Assembly (NCBI GenBank): GCA_965116925.1
Contig: OZ220744.1
Coordinates: 4,416,001 to 4,480,000, forward strand
Direction of reading: 5' to 3'
From: Candidatus Poribacteria bacterium
Lineage (GTDB): Bacteria > Poribacteria > WGA-4E > PCPOR2b
Length of the DNA stretch: 64,000 nt
Shown: positions 19,276 through 28,878 of the stretch, piece after piece
Layout: every line of letters starts with the position of its first letter
Numbering within the stretch: position 1 is the stretch's first letter
Notes under the pieces: model-generated
Told to the model about the DNA's origin: nothing
Database searches by the model: none
What the model saw: the letters and a program-made list of their open reading frames with translations, nothing else
Position numbers and translations under genes: made by a program

Positions 19276-20210
19276 CCTGTTTTCTCCTCACCTTGACGTT
19301 CCAAAAACGCATTTACTTCCTGACGGGTGGGCATGACGGGTAGCGTTCCCAAGCGGGTGATAGCCAGCGCACCGGCGGCGTTGGCACGACGGATAGCGTC
19401 TACAAGCGGCAGCCCTTCCGCCACGGCGACAGAGAGGGCCCCGGAGAAGGCGTCTCCTGCCCCGGTTGTGTCTACTACGTTCACTGAGAAACTCGGAATG
19501 TGAATCGTGTCGTCCGGCGTTACGAGCAGGGCACCATGTGCCCCCCGATGTAGCACGATAGCACCCGGTCCCATTCCGATTAGTTCACGTGCAGCCTGCT
19601 CTGCTGTTGCGTCATCTGAAATGGGATAGCCCACCAAGGTTTCCGTCTCCTGTTCGTTGGGTGTCAGAATCGTGCAGTCCCGCCAAGTTTCAGGGGTGTA
19701 AGGACGGGCAGGACCTGCGTCTACAATCACCGGAATACCGTAATCTACCCCCAGTTGTACGGCAGCCGCTACGGCGGGTTCGGGAACTTCAAAGTTGACC
19801 AAGATACTGTCTAGTGTCTCCCGATGCAATGTCAGAGCCCGCCTCACATCATCGGAACTCAAATAATCGTTGGCTCCCAAGACCCCCAAGATGGTATTTT
19901 CACCGTCGGGGTCGATCATTGCGATGCCCACACCTGTCGAGGCTTCGGGGTGGATTGTGACGGCCTCCACATCAACACCTTCTTCTTGCAGGGCAGCCAT
20001 CTCCATACGTCCAAAGTCGTCGTCCCCGATGCAGCCGAGCAGCACCGCAGTCCCTCCTGCCCTTTGCACAGCGACTGCGGCGTTAGCACCTTTACCTCCG
20101 GGACCGATTTTAAGATTGTTCCCCAGCAGCGTTTCTCCCCTAGTAGGCAAGCGTGGCGTTTGCACTGCCAAATCTATGACAACGCTACCGATGACAGCGA
20201 TCTGTTTCAT
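19272..20210 (-). CDS. rbsK: Ribokinase / PfkB carbohydrate kinase
   Basis: GGKGANAAVA, TPNEQE, DTTGAGDAF. Confidence 0.85.
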   Translation of the reverse strand: MKQIAVIGSVVIDLAVQTPRLPTRGETLLGNNLKIGPGGKGANAAVAVQRAGGTAVLLGCIGDDDFGRMEMAALQEEGVDVEAVTIHPEASTGVGIAMIDPDGENTILGVLGANDYLSSDDVRRALTLHRETLDSILVNFEVPEPAVAAAVQLGVDYGIPVIVDAGPARPYTPETWRDCTILTPNEQETETLVGYPISDDATAEQAARELIGMGPGAIVLHRGAHGALLVTPDDTIHIPSFSVNVVDTTGAGDAFSGALSVAVAEGLPLVDAIRRANAAGALAITRLGTLPVMPTRQEVNAFLERQGEEKTG

Positions 20211-20224
20211 CTGCTTATCTCCCG

Positions 20225-21244
20225 TCAGGTCACTTTTAGAATCTGCGCGACTATCTCATTGGGATTAATCTCCGTCATACACAGATGTGGTTGATCCTTC
20301 CGCATACAATTCCGCTTATAACAAGGACGACATTCCACCGACTTTTCAATGATCTTATGGTTTTCGCCATACGGGCCGTGGCGAATCGGGCTCGTGGGAC
20401 CAAACAGGGCAATTGTCGGTGTACCCACAGCCGTGGCGATGTGCATCGGACCACTGTCACAGGTCAGGTAAAGGCTGCAACTTTCGATTAGAGCACCGAG
20501 CTCCATCAGCGTTGTCTTCCCAATTAGATTAATTGCCTCCACTTGTGCAATCTCCGCTAACGCTTCGCCGAGTGGAATTTCAGCGATTGAGCCTGTCAGT
20601 AGTATCCGCGCATCGAAACGCTTTTGTACTTGCGCTATCACTTCTGCGAAATTCTCTAGGGACCAACGCTTTGTACGCCACGTCGTGCCGAGATTTACTC
20701 CGATCAGGTGCTCCTTGGGAGAGATACCGTACCTTGCAAGTATCTGATGCACCGCCTGACGATCTGCGTCCGTGTGCCAAAACTCCAGTTTTGCGTTTTG
20801 TTCGTGGATATCGATTAACTCCAACACGCGCAGATAACGGTGTACTTCGTGGAGATCCGTCCGATCCGCGCAAGTCCGTGTCAGTAGGATGCCCCGACCG
20901 CTTACATTTGATCCAATCCGTTCAGGAATGTCTGCCAGAAATGGAATCAAAGCATTACGAAAGGAGGTTGGGTGAAGGACAACCGCAAGATCGAAGTCTG
21001 ACCGGCGAATTTCGCGTACCGATTTCCAGAAAGATGACAAACGACTGAGTGCCCTCCCCCTGTTGTCAACCATTAATTCATCAATATATGGGTGGGTTGC
21101 CATCAGGTTTGCAACAAGTGGACGAATCAGTAGCACCAAGTGAGATTGGGGATACGCGATTTTCAGTGCTCTTAATGCCGGTGTGAGCAGTACCATATCT
21201 CCGACCCAGCCGCCGGTTTGGGTGACAAGAATTCGATTTCTCAA
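20225..21244 (-). CDS. waaF: GT9 lipopolysaccharide heptosyltransferase II-like
   Basis: WVGDMVL, KRW, NLIGKTTL, DSGPMHIA, ALFGPT. Confidence 0.85.
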   Translation of the reverse strand: MRNRILVTQTGGWVGDMVLLTPALRALKIAYPQSHLVLLIRPLVANLMATHPYIDELMVDNRGRALSRLSSFWKSVREIRRSDFDLAVVLHPTSFRNALIPFLADIPERIGSNVSGRGILLTRTCADRTDLHEVHRYLRVLELIDIHEQNAKLEFWHTDADRQAVHQILARYGISPKEHLIGVNLGTTWRTKRWSLENFAEVIAQVQKRFDARILLTGSIAEIPLGEALAEIAQVEAINLIGKTTLMELGALIESCSLYLTCDSGPMHIATAVGTPTIALFGPTSPIRHGPYGENHKIIEKSVECRPCYKRNCMRKDQPHLCMTEINPNEIVAQILKVT

Positions 21245-21334
21245 CGAATTGCCCTTTGCCGCGTTGATGGTTCGGTTATAACCTTGCTTTCACTATAGAA
21301 ACTTGACACAGAGAGCCGAGAAATTGCAGTGCAC

Positions 21335-22363
21335 TCATTGGATCGGTACAGACCGACCGATTCGGGCGGACTCGTAGAGGGCATCGAAGATTTTCGCAAC
21401 GAGTAGCACCTCTTCTGCAGGCACAGGTGACGGCAATCCTTCACGAATTGCTTTGTGGAAGGACTCAAATTCCCCCAGTAAACCGGTAAGGAGTTCCGGT
21501 TCATAGTCGATCATTTCGTCGTCTTTATCCATATAGATGCGTGTGGGACTGTATGTCGCCCCGGCTCTATCTCCCATGAAGAAGGTCTGTCCGGTATTTT
21601 CGATATGAGATGCCCACGCGGTTTCCAACGTCACGGTTAAGCCGCCTTCAAAGCGGATAGCCCCCATCGCAAAATCTTCGACATCGAATTGGGCGGGGAT
21701 CCATGTCCCCCAATCGTTAATCACATTGGCTCGATTTCCAAATTTCTGCGCGACTGATCCAAATGCCTCGATCGGTTTCGGTGCGCCGATCATCCACAAC
21801 AATACATCAAGGATATGCACCCCGATGTCAATCAGGGGGCCGCCACCCGCTATTGATTTCGTTATGAACGATGGCGACGCAGGTACACCCCGTCGTCGCA
21901 TTGCCATTGCACGAGCGTAGTAAATATCGCCAAAAAATCCCTCTTCGTACAGCTTGCGTAATGTTCGCGCTTCTGGATTAAATCGTGACTGTAACCCAAT
22001 CTGAAGTACTTTTCCCGATGCTTTCTGGGCATCGACCATCGCCTGACCGTCGATTGCATTTCCAGCGATCGGCTTTTCGCAAATCACATGCTTTCCCGCC
22101 TCAAGTGCGGCGATTGATGGCGGAGCGTGAAAATTATTCGGAGTACAGACACTGACCGCATCCAACTCAGGCATTGCGACAAGTTCGTTGTAGTCGGTGA
22201 AGACATGTTTGATGTCGTGTTGTGTCGCAAAGTTTTCCGCACGCTCCCGGTCAATGTCGCAGACACCGATGATTGAAACGCCTTCGACATTTCGATGTCC
22301 CGGCAGATGTTTGCCACCGGCAATTCCGCCTGCACCAATGATGCCAACCTTGATCTCTTGCAT
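21335..22363 (-). CDS. Gfo/Idh/MocA oxidoreductase
   Basis: GIIGAG, HVICEKP, GGGPLIDIGVH. Confidence 0.92.
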   Translation of the reverse strand: MQEIKVGIIGAGGIAGGKHLPGHRNVEGVSIIGVCDIDRERAENFATQHDIKHVFTDYNELVAMPELDAVSVCTPNNFHAPPSIAALEAGKHVICEKPIAGNAIDGQAMVDAQKASGKVLQIGLQSRFNPEARTLRKLYEEGFFGDIYYARAMAMRRRGVPASPSFITKSIAGGGPLIDIGVHILDVLLWMIGAPKPIEAFGSVAQKFGNRANVINDWGTWIPAQFDVEDFAMGAIRFEGGLTVTLETAWASHIENTGQTFFMGDRAGATYSPTRIYMDKDDEMIDYEPELLTGLLGEFESFHKAIREGLPSPVPAEEVLLVAKIFDALYESARIGRSVPIQ

Positions 22364-22415
22364 TATGATTACCCTCTTTGGTGGTTCATACTTTATTCAG
22401 AAGTCGCATACAATC

Positions 22416-23300
22416 TCAATCCGCCCTGTGCATGACCACGCCCTTCGGATTCTCAAAGGCATCAATCCAGAGCCGACACCACTCCGCATGATCGTGCATC
22501 ACACTGTCGGGATCGCGTTGGCTGCGCACGACAAAGTCCGGGTGTCCTGTGCGGCCCGTGTGTTGACCGATTGGGTGGTAACGCAGATCCATTGACCAGC
22601 GGCACTTATCCGAGCGGTTGGGCATCCCGCGATGTGGTGTGAAGCGGCTCATGAGTACCAGATCCCCTCTGTAGCAGACCATCGGCACAGGTTCAATCTC
22701 CGGTACGTCTTCGGGGTAGATGGTGGTCCCGCCTTCGGGTTGATGCCGTAGATACCCTTTTTTGACTACGCCGGGCAAAACCTCCAGACACCCCATCTCA
22801 GCGGTCGCATCACCCAATGGGAGCCAGCAAGTGATAATATCGGAGCCTTCCGCCTCCGGCATGATAACTCCGGCGTCTTGATGTAGGGGACCGATGTGTG
22901 AACCGGGGTTGCTGTCCTCATAGTAACGGATCGGGGGTGTGGGTCGCAGGTGTTGGATCGGGTTGCAGATGATTTCCGGTCCTACGAGCGATTCGATGAC
23001 ATCGAGCAGATTTTTATTATACAGAAATTCAAAGACCGCCTTGCCGCGATAGTTCATGATGTCGAGACCGCTGCCAATCTCTTTGGATTGCGCGAACAGA
23101 CGTCCGTATCGGGTTTCAAACGGCTCATCTTCACACAGGTCTTCGATTGTTCCCTCTGCCTTGAGTTCGTGCGCTCGGCGATCGATGAACTCGGATATCT
23201 CATCGATTACTGGCTGCAAGTCCTCGTCGGTAAGGGCATTTTTGGCGATAAGGACGCCGCGGGTGTGAAATTCTTCAAGCTGTTCGGTTGTCAACTGCAT
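22416..23300 (-). CDS. Phytanoyl-CoA dioxygenase family protein
   Basis: LHQD, TCWLPL, GCLEVLPG, PHRGMPNRS..RWS. Confidence 0.88.
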   Translation of the reverse strand: MQLTTEQLEEFHTRGVLIAKNALTDEDLQPVIDEISEFIDRRAHELKAEGTIEDLCEDEPFETRYGRLFAQSKEIGSGLDIMNYRGKAVFEFLYNKNLLDVIESLVGPEIICNPIQHLRPTPPIRYYEDSNPGSHIGPLHQDAGVIMPEAEGSDIITCWLPLGDATAEMGCLEVLPGVVKKGYLRHQPEGGTTIYPEDVPEIEPVPMVCYRGDLVLMSRFTPHRGMPNRSDKCRWSMDLRYHPIGQHTGRTGHPDFVVRSQRDPDSVMHDHAEWCRLWIDAFENPKGVVMHRAD

Positions 23301-23330
23301 CGTGCTTCCTCCAGATTTAGATGATAATGA

Positions 23331-23442
23331 TAGGACTTACGCATTTCAGCGCGGGGCAAGTGCCCTAGCTACAGGCTTACACATTTTAGTACAGTTGGCG
23401 CGGGGCAAGATGCCCCGCCTACAGTTAGCTGCGTAAGTTCTA
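23331..23442. mobile_element. 112-bp MITE with TAGGACTTACGCA inverted ends and internal duplication
   Basis: TAGGACTTACGCA...TGCGTAAGTTCTA; GCGCGGGGCAAG occurs twice. Confidence 0.8.
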
Positions 23443-23471
23443 CGTGTTTTAAACGCGATCTGCATTTCTTT

Positions 23472-24416
23472 TTAATGGACTCTGACCAACTTGCGGAAGC
23501 TGCGAACTTCTCTGGGCGGAGAAAGATGTCGGCCGTAGGCGGCAAAGGAGACCTCGCCCACGTATATATCTCCGTGTGAATCGATTGCTATGCCGTGAGG
23601 GGAGATAAATTGTCCGGGGCCCTCTCCACGCCACACATCGCCCAATCGAGCGAGACGATGACCGTTGAGGTCGTGAATGGTGACGCAACCGCCAATGTTG
23701 GGATAATCGGCGTTCACCTCAAGTTGGGTAGGCACTTGACCGATGTAGACCAAGTCGTCTTCGATGTGCAGTCCACAGGGGCGGTGCAGATTATTCCATT
23801 GGTCTAGATAGCGGCCGTCCTCATCGAATATCTGTACACGGTGACTCTCCCGGTCAGCGATATATACCACCCCGTTGCTGTCGGTACAGACGCTATGCAC
23901 CAAATTGAACTGCCCTGGATCGGTTCCGTACTCTCCCCAAGAGAAAAGATGCTCCCCGTCAGGAGAATACTTATGCACTCTGGCGTTACCGTATCCGTCC
24001 GATATGTAGAGTTCATCAGTTTTGGGATCAAAGGCTACTTTGGTAGGACGGTTAAAAGGTTGCCCACTGTGGGCTGGTGCGGGTTCGCCGGGGGTGCCGA
24101 TAGTCATCAAGACTTCGCCATCGGGGGTACATTTTCGGATTGAGTGATCGCCGTCGTCCACACAATACAGCATTCCATCAGGACCTATGGTAACGCCGTG
24201 GGCGCGGGTAAACAGATCCTCTCCCCATGAGGCGATAAAGCTGCCGTCCGGCTCAAAGATTATCATGGGATGCTCGCCTCGATTGAAGACATAGACACGG
24301 TCTTGCGAATCCACCACGACATCGGCAACCTCCTTAAAACTCCAACCTTCGGGCAGCTTCGCCCAATCTGCCAATTCCTCGTAAATATAATCCTCAGCAC
24401 CAAGTTTTGTTGCCAT
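23472..24416 (-). CDS. NHL-repeat protein, peptidyl-alpha-hydroxyglycine amidating lyase-like
   Basis: FNRPT.VA, YISDGYGNARV, PGQFNLVH, YIADRE. Confidence 0.85.
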   Translation of the reverse strand: MATKLGAEDYIYEELADWAKLPEGWSFKEVADVVVDSQDRVYVFNRGEHPMIIFEPDGSFIASWGEDLFTRAHGVTIGPDGMLYCVDDGDHSIRKCTPDGEVLMTIGTPGEPAPAHSGQPFNRPTKVAFDPKTDELYISDGYGNARVHKYSPDGEHLFSWGEYGTDPGQFNLVHSVCTDSNGVVYIADRESHRVQIFDEDGRYLDQWNNLHRPCGLHIEDDLVYIGQVPTQLEVNADYPNIGGCVTIHDLNGHRLARLGDVWRGEGPGQFISPHGIAIDSHGDIYVGEVSFAAYGRHLSPPREVRSFRKLVRVH

Positions 24417-24461
24417 GCTTCGCCTCCCCTATGTGTACGCTGTTCTAATTTTGCATAGATC

Positions 24462-25655
24462 TCAGAAATCCTCCAAGCTGAACCGATACCCACGAATCTG
24501 CGCCATCGGTGCGTCGTCGTTGATGTAGTTGACGGCTAAGAATTTTCCCCGCTCATACTCGACCCAAGCGGCATAACCGCTGTCGGCACCGAGGTTATTA
24601 GCGTCGAGGTCTAGCGGGAGCAGCAAACCTTTTTGGGTTGCTTTGTCCGGGTTGAGCGCGCTCTCCAGCGGTTCCAGAAACGCGAATGTGTGCACCGATG
24701 AACCACCTGCGGCGACAATCACCTCATCATCTGTTACCAACTCACTGGGGCCCGGCTGTCTACGGGCGATGAACGCCTCGTTGGCGGGGACTCTTGGAAT
24801 AACAATCGTTCGCCGTGCCAATCGTTCCCCCCAAGTTTCTGCGGACATGTCAACACGCCAACAAGATTGCAGCCCAAAACGCCCGGTGATTAACATAAAC
24901 CCATCTTGCGTAAGACCTGCGACCGGCATCCCGTGAGCGGCTGGGTTTAAGGTGTCGCAGGGACCGTCCCACCGGTAACCGCCATCCTTAGAAATCATCT
25001 TTTGTAATGGCTGCCCCAAATCCTCCCGTAGGTAGACGACCAATTCTCCATCGGGACAAGGCACGATAGTGGCTTCACCAAGCCCGTAATCGGGATTGTC
25101 GAAGATGGTCAGTGGCGCATCCCATGTCTGTCCCTCATCACGACTTGTTGTGATATTTTGGATACTCTGTCCAGTTTTCGGATTGGTGACGTTGCTCGGC
25201 AGCAGCCACCGGCCATCGTCCATCTCCGTAACTATGTCCGGGCAGATGCCTTTAACCGGGGTTGGGATCGGATCTGACCAACTTTCCCCATCGTCATCGC
25301 TGAACCAAAGCACAATGTGGCAGTTTGCCTCTCCTTCGCCCCACTCGCCCGGTGGAAAGAGGTAGGTATCACAGAGCAACAGGATCCGTCCATCTTTGAG
25401 CTGCTGTATTTTGGGACAGTTCCATGTTGTCAAGACACCGGTTGATTTATCTTCATCACGAATCACCTGCGGTTCCGACCATGTGTATCCTGCATCGTCG
25501 CTGACTCGGACGATTAGGCGGCAAAACTCGCTAGCGACGTGGCCGTTACTTTCGCGATAGGTCAGAATAATTCTGCCGGTTCGGGAACGGCAGATGTAGG
25601 GAAAGCATTCATAAATATCATCGTTCCGCGCAATGGTGAATTTCTCGATTGCCAT
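24462..25655 (-). CDS. BNR/Asp-box sialidase-family protein
   Basis: Asp boxes SDDAGYTW, SDDDGESW, SRDEGQTW, SKDGGYRW. Confidence 0.82.
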   Translation of the reverse strand: MAIEKFTIARNDDIYECFPYICRSRTGRIILTYRESNGHVASEFCRLIVRVSDDAGYTWSEPQVIRDEDKSTGVLTTWNCPKIQQLKDGRILLLCDTYLFPPGEWGEGEANCHIVLWFSDDDGESWSDPIPTPVKGICPDIVTEMDDGRWLLPSNVTNPKTGQSIQNITTSRDEGQTWDAPLTIFDNPDYGLGEATIVPCPDGELVVYLREDLGQPLQKMISKDGGYRWDGPCDTLNPAAHGMPVAGLTQDGFMLITGRFGLQSCWRVDMSAETWGERLARRTIVIPRVPANEAFIARRQPGPSELVTDDEVIVAAGGSSVHTFAFLEPLESALNPDKATQKGLLLPLDLDANNLGADSGYAAWVEYERGKFLAVNYINDDAPMAQIRGYRFSLEDF

Positions 25656-25697
25656 GGCTACTATCTGCTCCCAACAAAAGATGAGGGGGTTAGAAAT

Positions 25698-26639
25698 TTA
25701 CGAAGAACCGCTTGATTTAAGACGTAGTATCTCCAGCAGTTTCTCATCTCGCTCTGCGATGAGCGCGCTCGCCTTTCCCGGTGGATAGTCGTAAAAGCCG
25801 GAACCGGTCTTAGCACCCAATTTCCCCGCTGCGACTAAATCCTGAAGCACTTTCGGAGAATCGGTTGCATTGCTCATAGATCTGGCAACGTAGCTTCCAA
25901 CTGTATTGAAAATATCAAGCCCACCGAGATCTGCGATCTCTAACGGACCGAGCAGTGCCCAACGCAATCCCAATCCATGCTTCATCACCGCATCGATGTC
26001 GGCAGGTGATGCGATTCCTTCCTCGACAAGGTGTAACGCTTCGCGCACGACAGCAAACTGGAGACGGCTGGCGACAAATCCGGGGACATCTTTCTGCACT
26101 AGAATCGGCTGCTTTTTCATCAGTTTCAACAGGTCGATTAGGATTTCACAGGTTGCATCGGAAGTTTCTGTCCCCTTGATAACTTCGACCGCCGGGACGA
26201 TTTCGGGCGGATTGAAGAAGTGCACCCCCGCAAATCGTTCGGGGTGAGAAACGGCTTTGGCAATCTGCGAAATGCTTAATCCTGAAGTATTTGTTGTAAA
26301 AAGCGTATTTGCGTCGCAGATTTCATCTAGTTGCCGAAAGATTTCCTGTTTTACTTTCAGATTTTCAGCGATTGATTCCGAGATGAGGTCGACCTGTGCA
26401 AGCCCTGTCAAATCATGGGTGGTGTAAATTTTTGCCCCTGTGACATCTGTATTTTCCTCGATAGGAGCGGGGGTCACGGCGATCTTAGATTGGAGACGCT
26501 CCACGGCGCGCTGCATCCCTTCTTGGCTCCTATTGTACAGAATGACGGTGTAGCCAAATCGTACAAAGATTTCTGCAACGCCCGCTCCCATTGTGCCCGC
26601 ACCGACAATACCAACCTTTTTAATATCTTCAAGATTCAT
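25698..26639 (-). CDS. 3-hydroxyacyl-CoA dehydrogenase family
   Basis: GAGTMG, TNTSGLSI, HFFNPP, PGFVASRL. Confidence 0.92.
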   Translation of the reverse strand: MNLEDIKKVGIVGAGTMGAGVAEIFVRFGYTVILYNRSQEGMQRAVERLQSKIAVTPAPIEENTDVTGAKIYTTHDLTGLAQVDLISESIAENLKVKQEIFRQLDEICDANTLFTTNTSGLSISQIAKAVSHPERFAGVHFFNPPEIVPAVEVIKGTETSDATCEILIDLLKLMKKQPILVQKDVPGFVASRLQFAVVREALHLVEEGIASPADIDAVMKHGLGLRWALLGPLEIADLGGLDIFNTVGSYVARSMSNATDSPKVLQDLVAAGKLGAKTGSGFYDYPPGKASALIAERDEKLLEILRLKSSGSS

Positions 26640-26642
26640 GCT

Positions 26643-27542
26643 TTATCCCTCTGCTAGCACCTCTTCAATTGCCTGCAATTCCGCATCTGTCAATTGCCAA
26701 CCCTGTCCCCCGACATGCTCGGCGATTTGTTCGGGGGTTTTTGCGCCGACAAGAACACAGGTGATTCCCGAAAACCGCAACTGCCAACCGATTGCTAGTT
26801 GAATGAGTGTGAGATTCCGTTCTTGAGCGATGGCTTGCAGTTTTGCCGCTGTTGCTAAGTTTCGCCGAAATTCCTCCCCTTGGAATCGGGTCATCCCTGA
26901 ACGCTCGTCGTCTGCCGGAAATTGATGGTCTGGCGTGTATTTGCCGGTCAGTAATCCCTTGGCTAATGGACTGTGTGGGAGGATGCCGATGCCATTAGCT
27001 TCACAGTGAGGCAGTATTTCCGCCTCAATCTCTCGGTCAAGCAGGTTATAGCGCGGCTGAAGTGAATGAAAAGGTGCGGTTTGGGCGGCGAGTTTCATCT
27101 GTTCAACGTCGAAGTTGGAGACGCCGATGTAGCGAGTTTTGCCTTCTTGATGCAATTTCTCCATCATTTCGATGCTTTCATCAACTGGGTACTGTGGATT
27201 CCAACCGTGGATTTGATAGAGGTCTACATGGTCTGTTTGTAAGGCACGCAGACTATTCTCCATCGCACGCCGAATACCCTCCGGCGAATAGTCACGGCTG
27301 ACCTTTGTGGCGAGAAAAACCTGATTCCGCCGACCATCCTTCAACGCTTTGCCGATGATTGCCTCCGATACACGGTATGATTGTGCGGTGTCGATGAGTG
27401 TAATGCCGTGGTCAAGCACCGCGTGCACTGTGGCAATTGCTGCCCCTTCATCAACTGCACCCATCGCTCCGCCGATGGGCCACGCCCCGAAGCCGATTAC
27501 AGATACATGATCTCCATCTTTTCCCAATTGTCGTTTTTCCAT
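26643..27542 (-). CDS. Aldo/keto reductase
   Basis: IDTAQSY, ATK, DLYQIH, IGVSNF, SPLAKGLLTGK. Confidence 0.93.
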   Translation of the reverse strand: MEKRQLGKDGDHVSVIGFGAWPIGGAMGAVDEGAAIATVHAVLDHGITLIDTAQSYRVSEAIIGKALKDGRRNQVFLATKVSRDYSPEGIRRAMENSLRALQTDHVDLYQIHGWNPQYPVDESIEMMEKLHQEGKTRYIGVSNFDVEQMKLAAQTAPFHSLQPRYNLLDREIEAEILPHCEANGIGILPHSPLAKGLLTGKYTPDHQFPADDERSGMTRFQGEEFRRNLATAAKLQAIAQERNLTLIQLAIGWQLRFSGITCVLVGAKTPEQIAEHVGGQGWQLTDAELQAIEEVLAEG

Positions 27543-27882
27543 CTGTTGGTCTCCTACAGGTGCCTAATCAAGGATTTGTGTCACGTTTTTCTTGGTTCAA
27601 GCATTTTAGCATATCATCGATTTTTATGCGAAAGAAAATCCGTGCCACTTCGCTTCTGCATCAGGATTTACTACCATCCGCTCTGCGATCGATTTCGCGC
27701 CTGTTTCTATCTTATCATATCCAATACGAAAAGTCACATCATTCCAAATCACGATACGCTTGAATCCTGGTAGATTTCTTTTGTATTCAAATCTGCGTTG
27801 GGGTATAATATTAAACAATTCTGAGTAAACGTTTCTGATTTCATTTTACGGTTTAGACATTACGATTTTCGTTGGAGAAGCG

Positions 27883-28137
27883 ATGAAAGTTAAAGTTAAA
27901 TATTTTGCAGTTTTGCACGAAGAGTTAGATCGAGACGAAGAAGAGATGGACCTACCAGAGGGAGCAACCGTGAGGGTTATCCTGGACCGCCTTGAGGCGG
28001 AGTGGCCCGAAATCGCAGAATACTACGATGTGATGCAAACGTCTGTGAATTGGGAGTATGCCACGCCAGATAGTGAGCTTTCAGATGGCGATGAGGTCGC
28101 CTTCATTCCACCTGTGACTGGAGGTCAAGATGTTTAA
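27883..28137 (+). CDS. moaD: Molybdopterin synthase sulfur carrier subunit, with C-terminal extension
   Basis: KVKYFA..DGDEVAFIPPVTGG-QDV. Confidence 0.9.
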   Translation: MKVKVKYFAVLHEELDRDEEEMDLPEGATVRVILDRLEAEWPEIAEYYDVMQTSVNWEYATPDSELSDGDEVAFIPPVTGGQDV

Positions 28138-28564
28138 GATTACCAGTGAAGATATTGAATTGGGAGATGTGATCCGAGCGGTCGAAGCGGCAGATGCCGG
28201 GGCAATTGTCCACTTCTTAGGCGTTGTTCGTAACAACACGGAAGGCAGGGAGGTCTCCTATCTCGAATACGAAGCCTATCCACCGATGGCAGAAAGGAAG
28301 ATGGCGGAAATTGCACAGGAGATCCACGAAAAGTGGGGGCTAGACCGTGTTGCCATGATTCATCGTGTAGGACGATTAGAGATTGGTGAAGTCAGTGTTG
28401 CGGTTGCGGTTGCTTCTCCGCATCGCAAAGAGGCGTTTGAGGCATGCCATTATGCGATGAATCGGCTCAAACAGATTGTGCCCATCTGGAAACGCGAAGT
28501 ATGGGCAGATGGTGAGGAGGAATGGGTCAAGCCGGACCCTGTTTTCTTTCAGTCGAAAGGCTGA
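28130..28564 (+). CDS. moaE: Molybdopterin synthase catalytic subunit
   Basis: F.GVVRN, LEYEAY, HRVG.L, PIWKRE. Confidence 0.95.
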   Translation: MFKITSEDIELGDVIRAVEAADAGAIVHFLGVVRNNTEGREVSYLEYEAYPPMAERKMAEIAQEIHEKWGLDRVAMIHRVGRLEIGEVSVAVAVASPHRKEAFEACHYAMNRLKQIVPIWKREVWADGEEEWVKPDPVFFQSKG

Positions 28565-28592
28565 GACTCGCACTCAATCAGGGTTCCTTACA

Positions 28593-28878
28593 ACTCCTAA
28601 AGTAGGAATTTCACCAATGAACCGTACCCGCTCTTGGGGCGAACGGCTTGATAAATTTCAATGAGAGGTGCTTGGTACCGGTGAGCAATAAGCCCCAAAA
28701 TGAAGGTGCAGAACAAGGCGAAGTTTCGACGGTTGAATAACGGACGAAAGTCGGTTAAAATATGGCTGAGGCAGAATATGAGGTCCATTTAAGTCTCCTT
28801 TCAAAATTGTGGTGATTTCTGAAAGGATAACCTCTTTTCTGCCTTTTTTTACCTAAAAATTGTACTAACTTTAGTACT
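28593..28878 (-). mobile_element. Internally deleted IS remnant with 63-codon transposase-like N-terminus (IS701-like, tentative)
   Basis: Near-identical inverted copy at 49373-49634; imperfect terminal repeats (11/16); strong RBS then ORF 28597-28788. Confidence 0.7.

Noticed and set aside
27560..27880. Moco riboswitch upstream of moaD, and ORF 27624-27818
   Set aside because: No recognisable motif; the short ORF has no RBS or family signature
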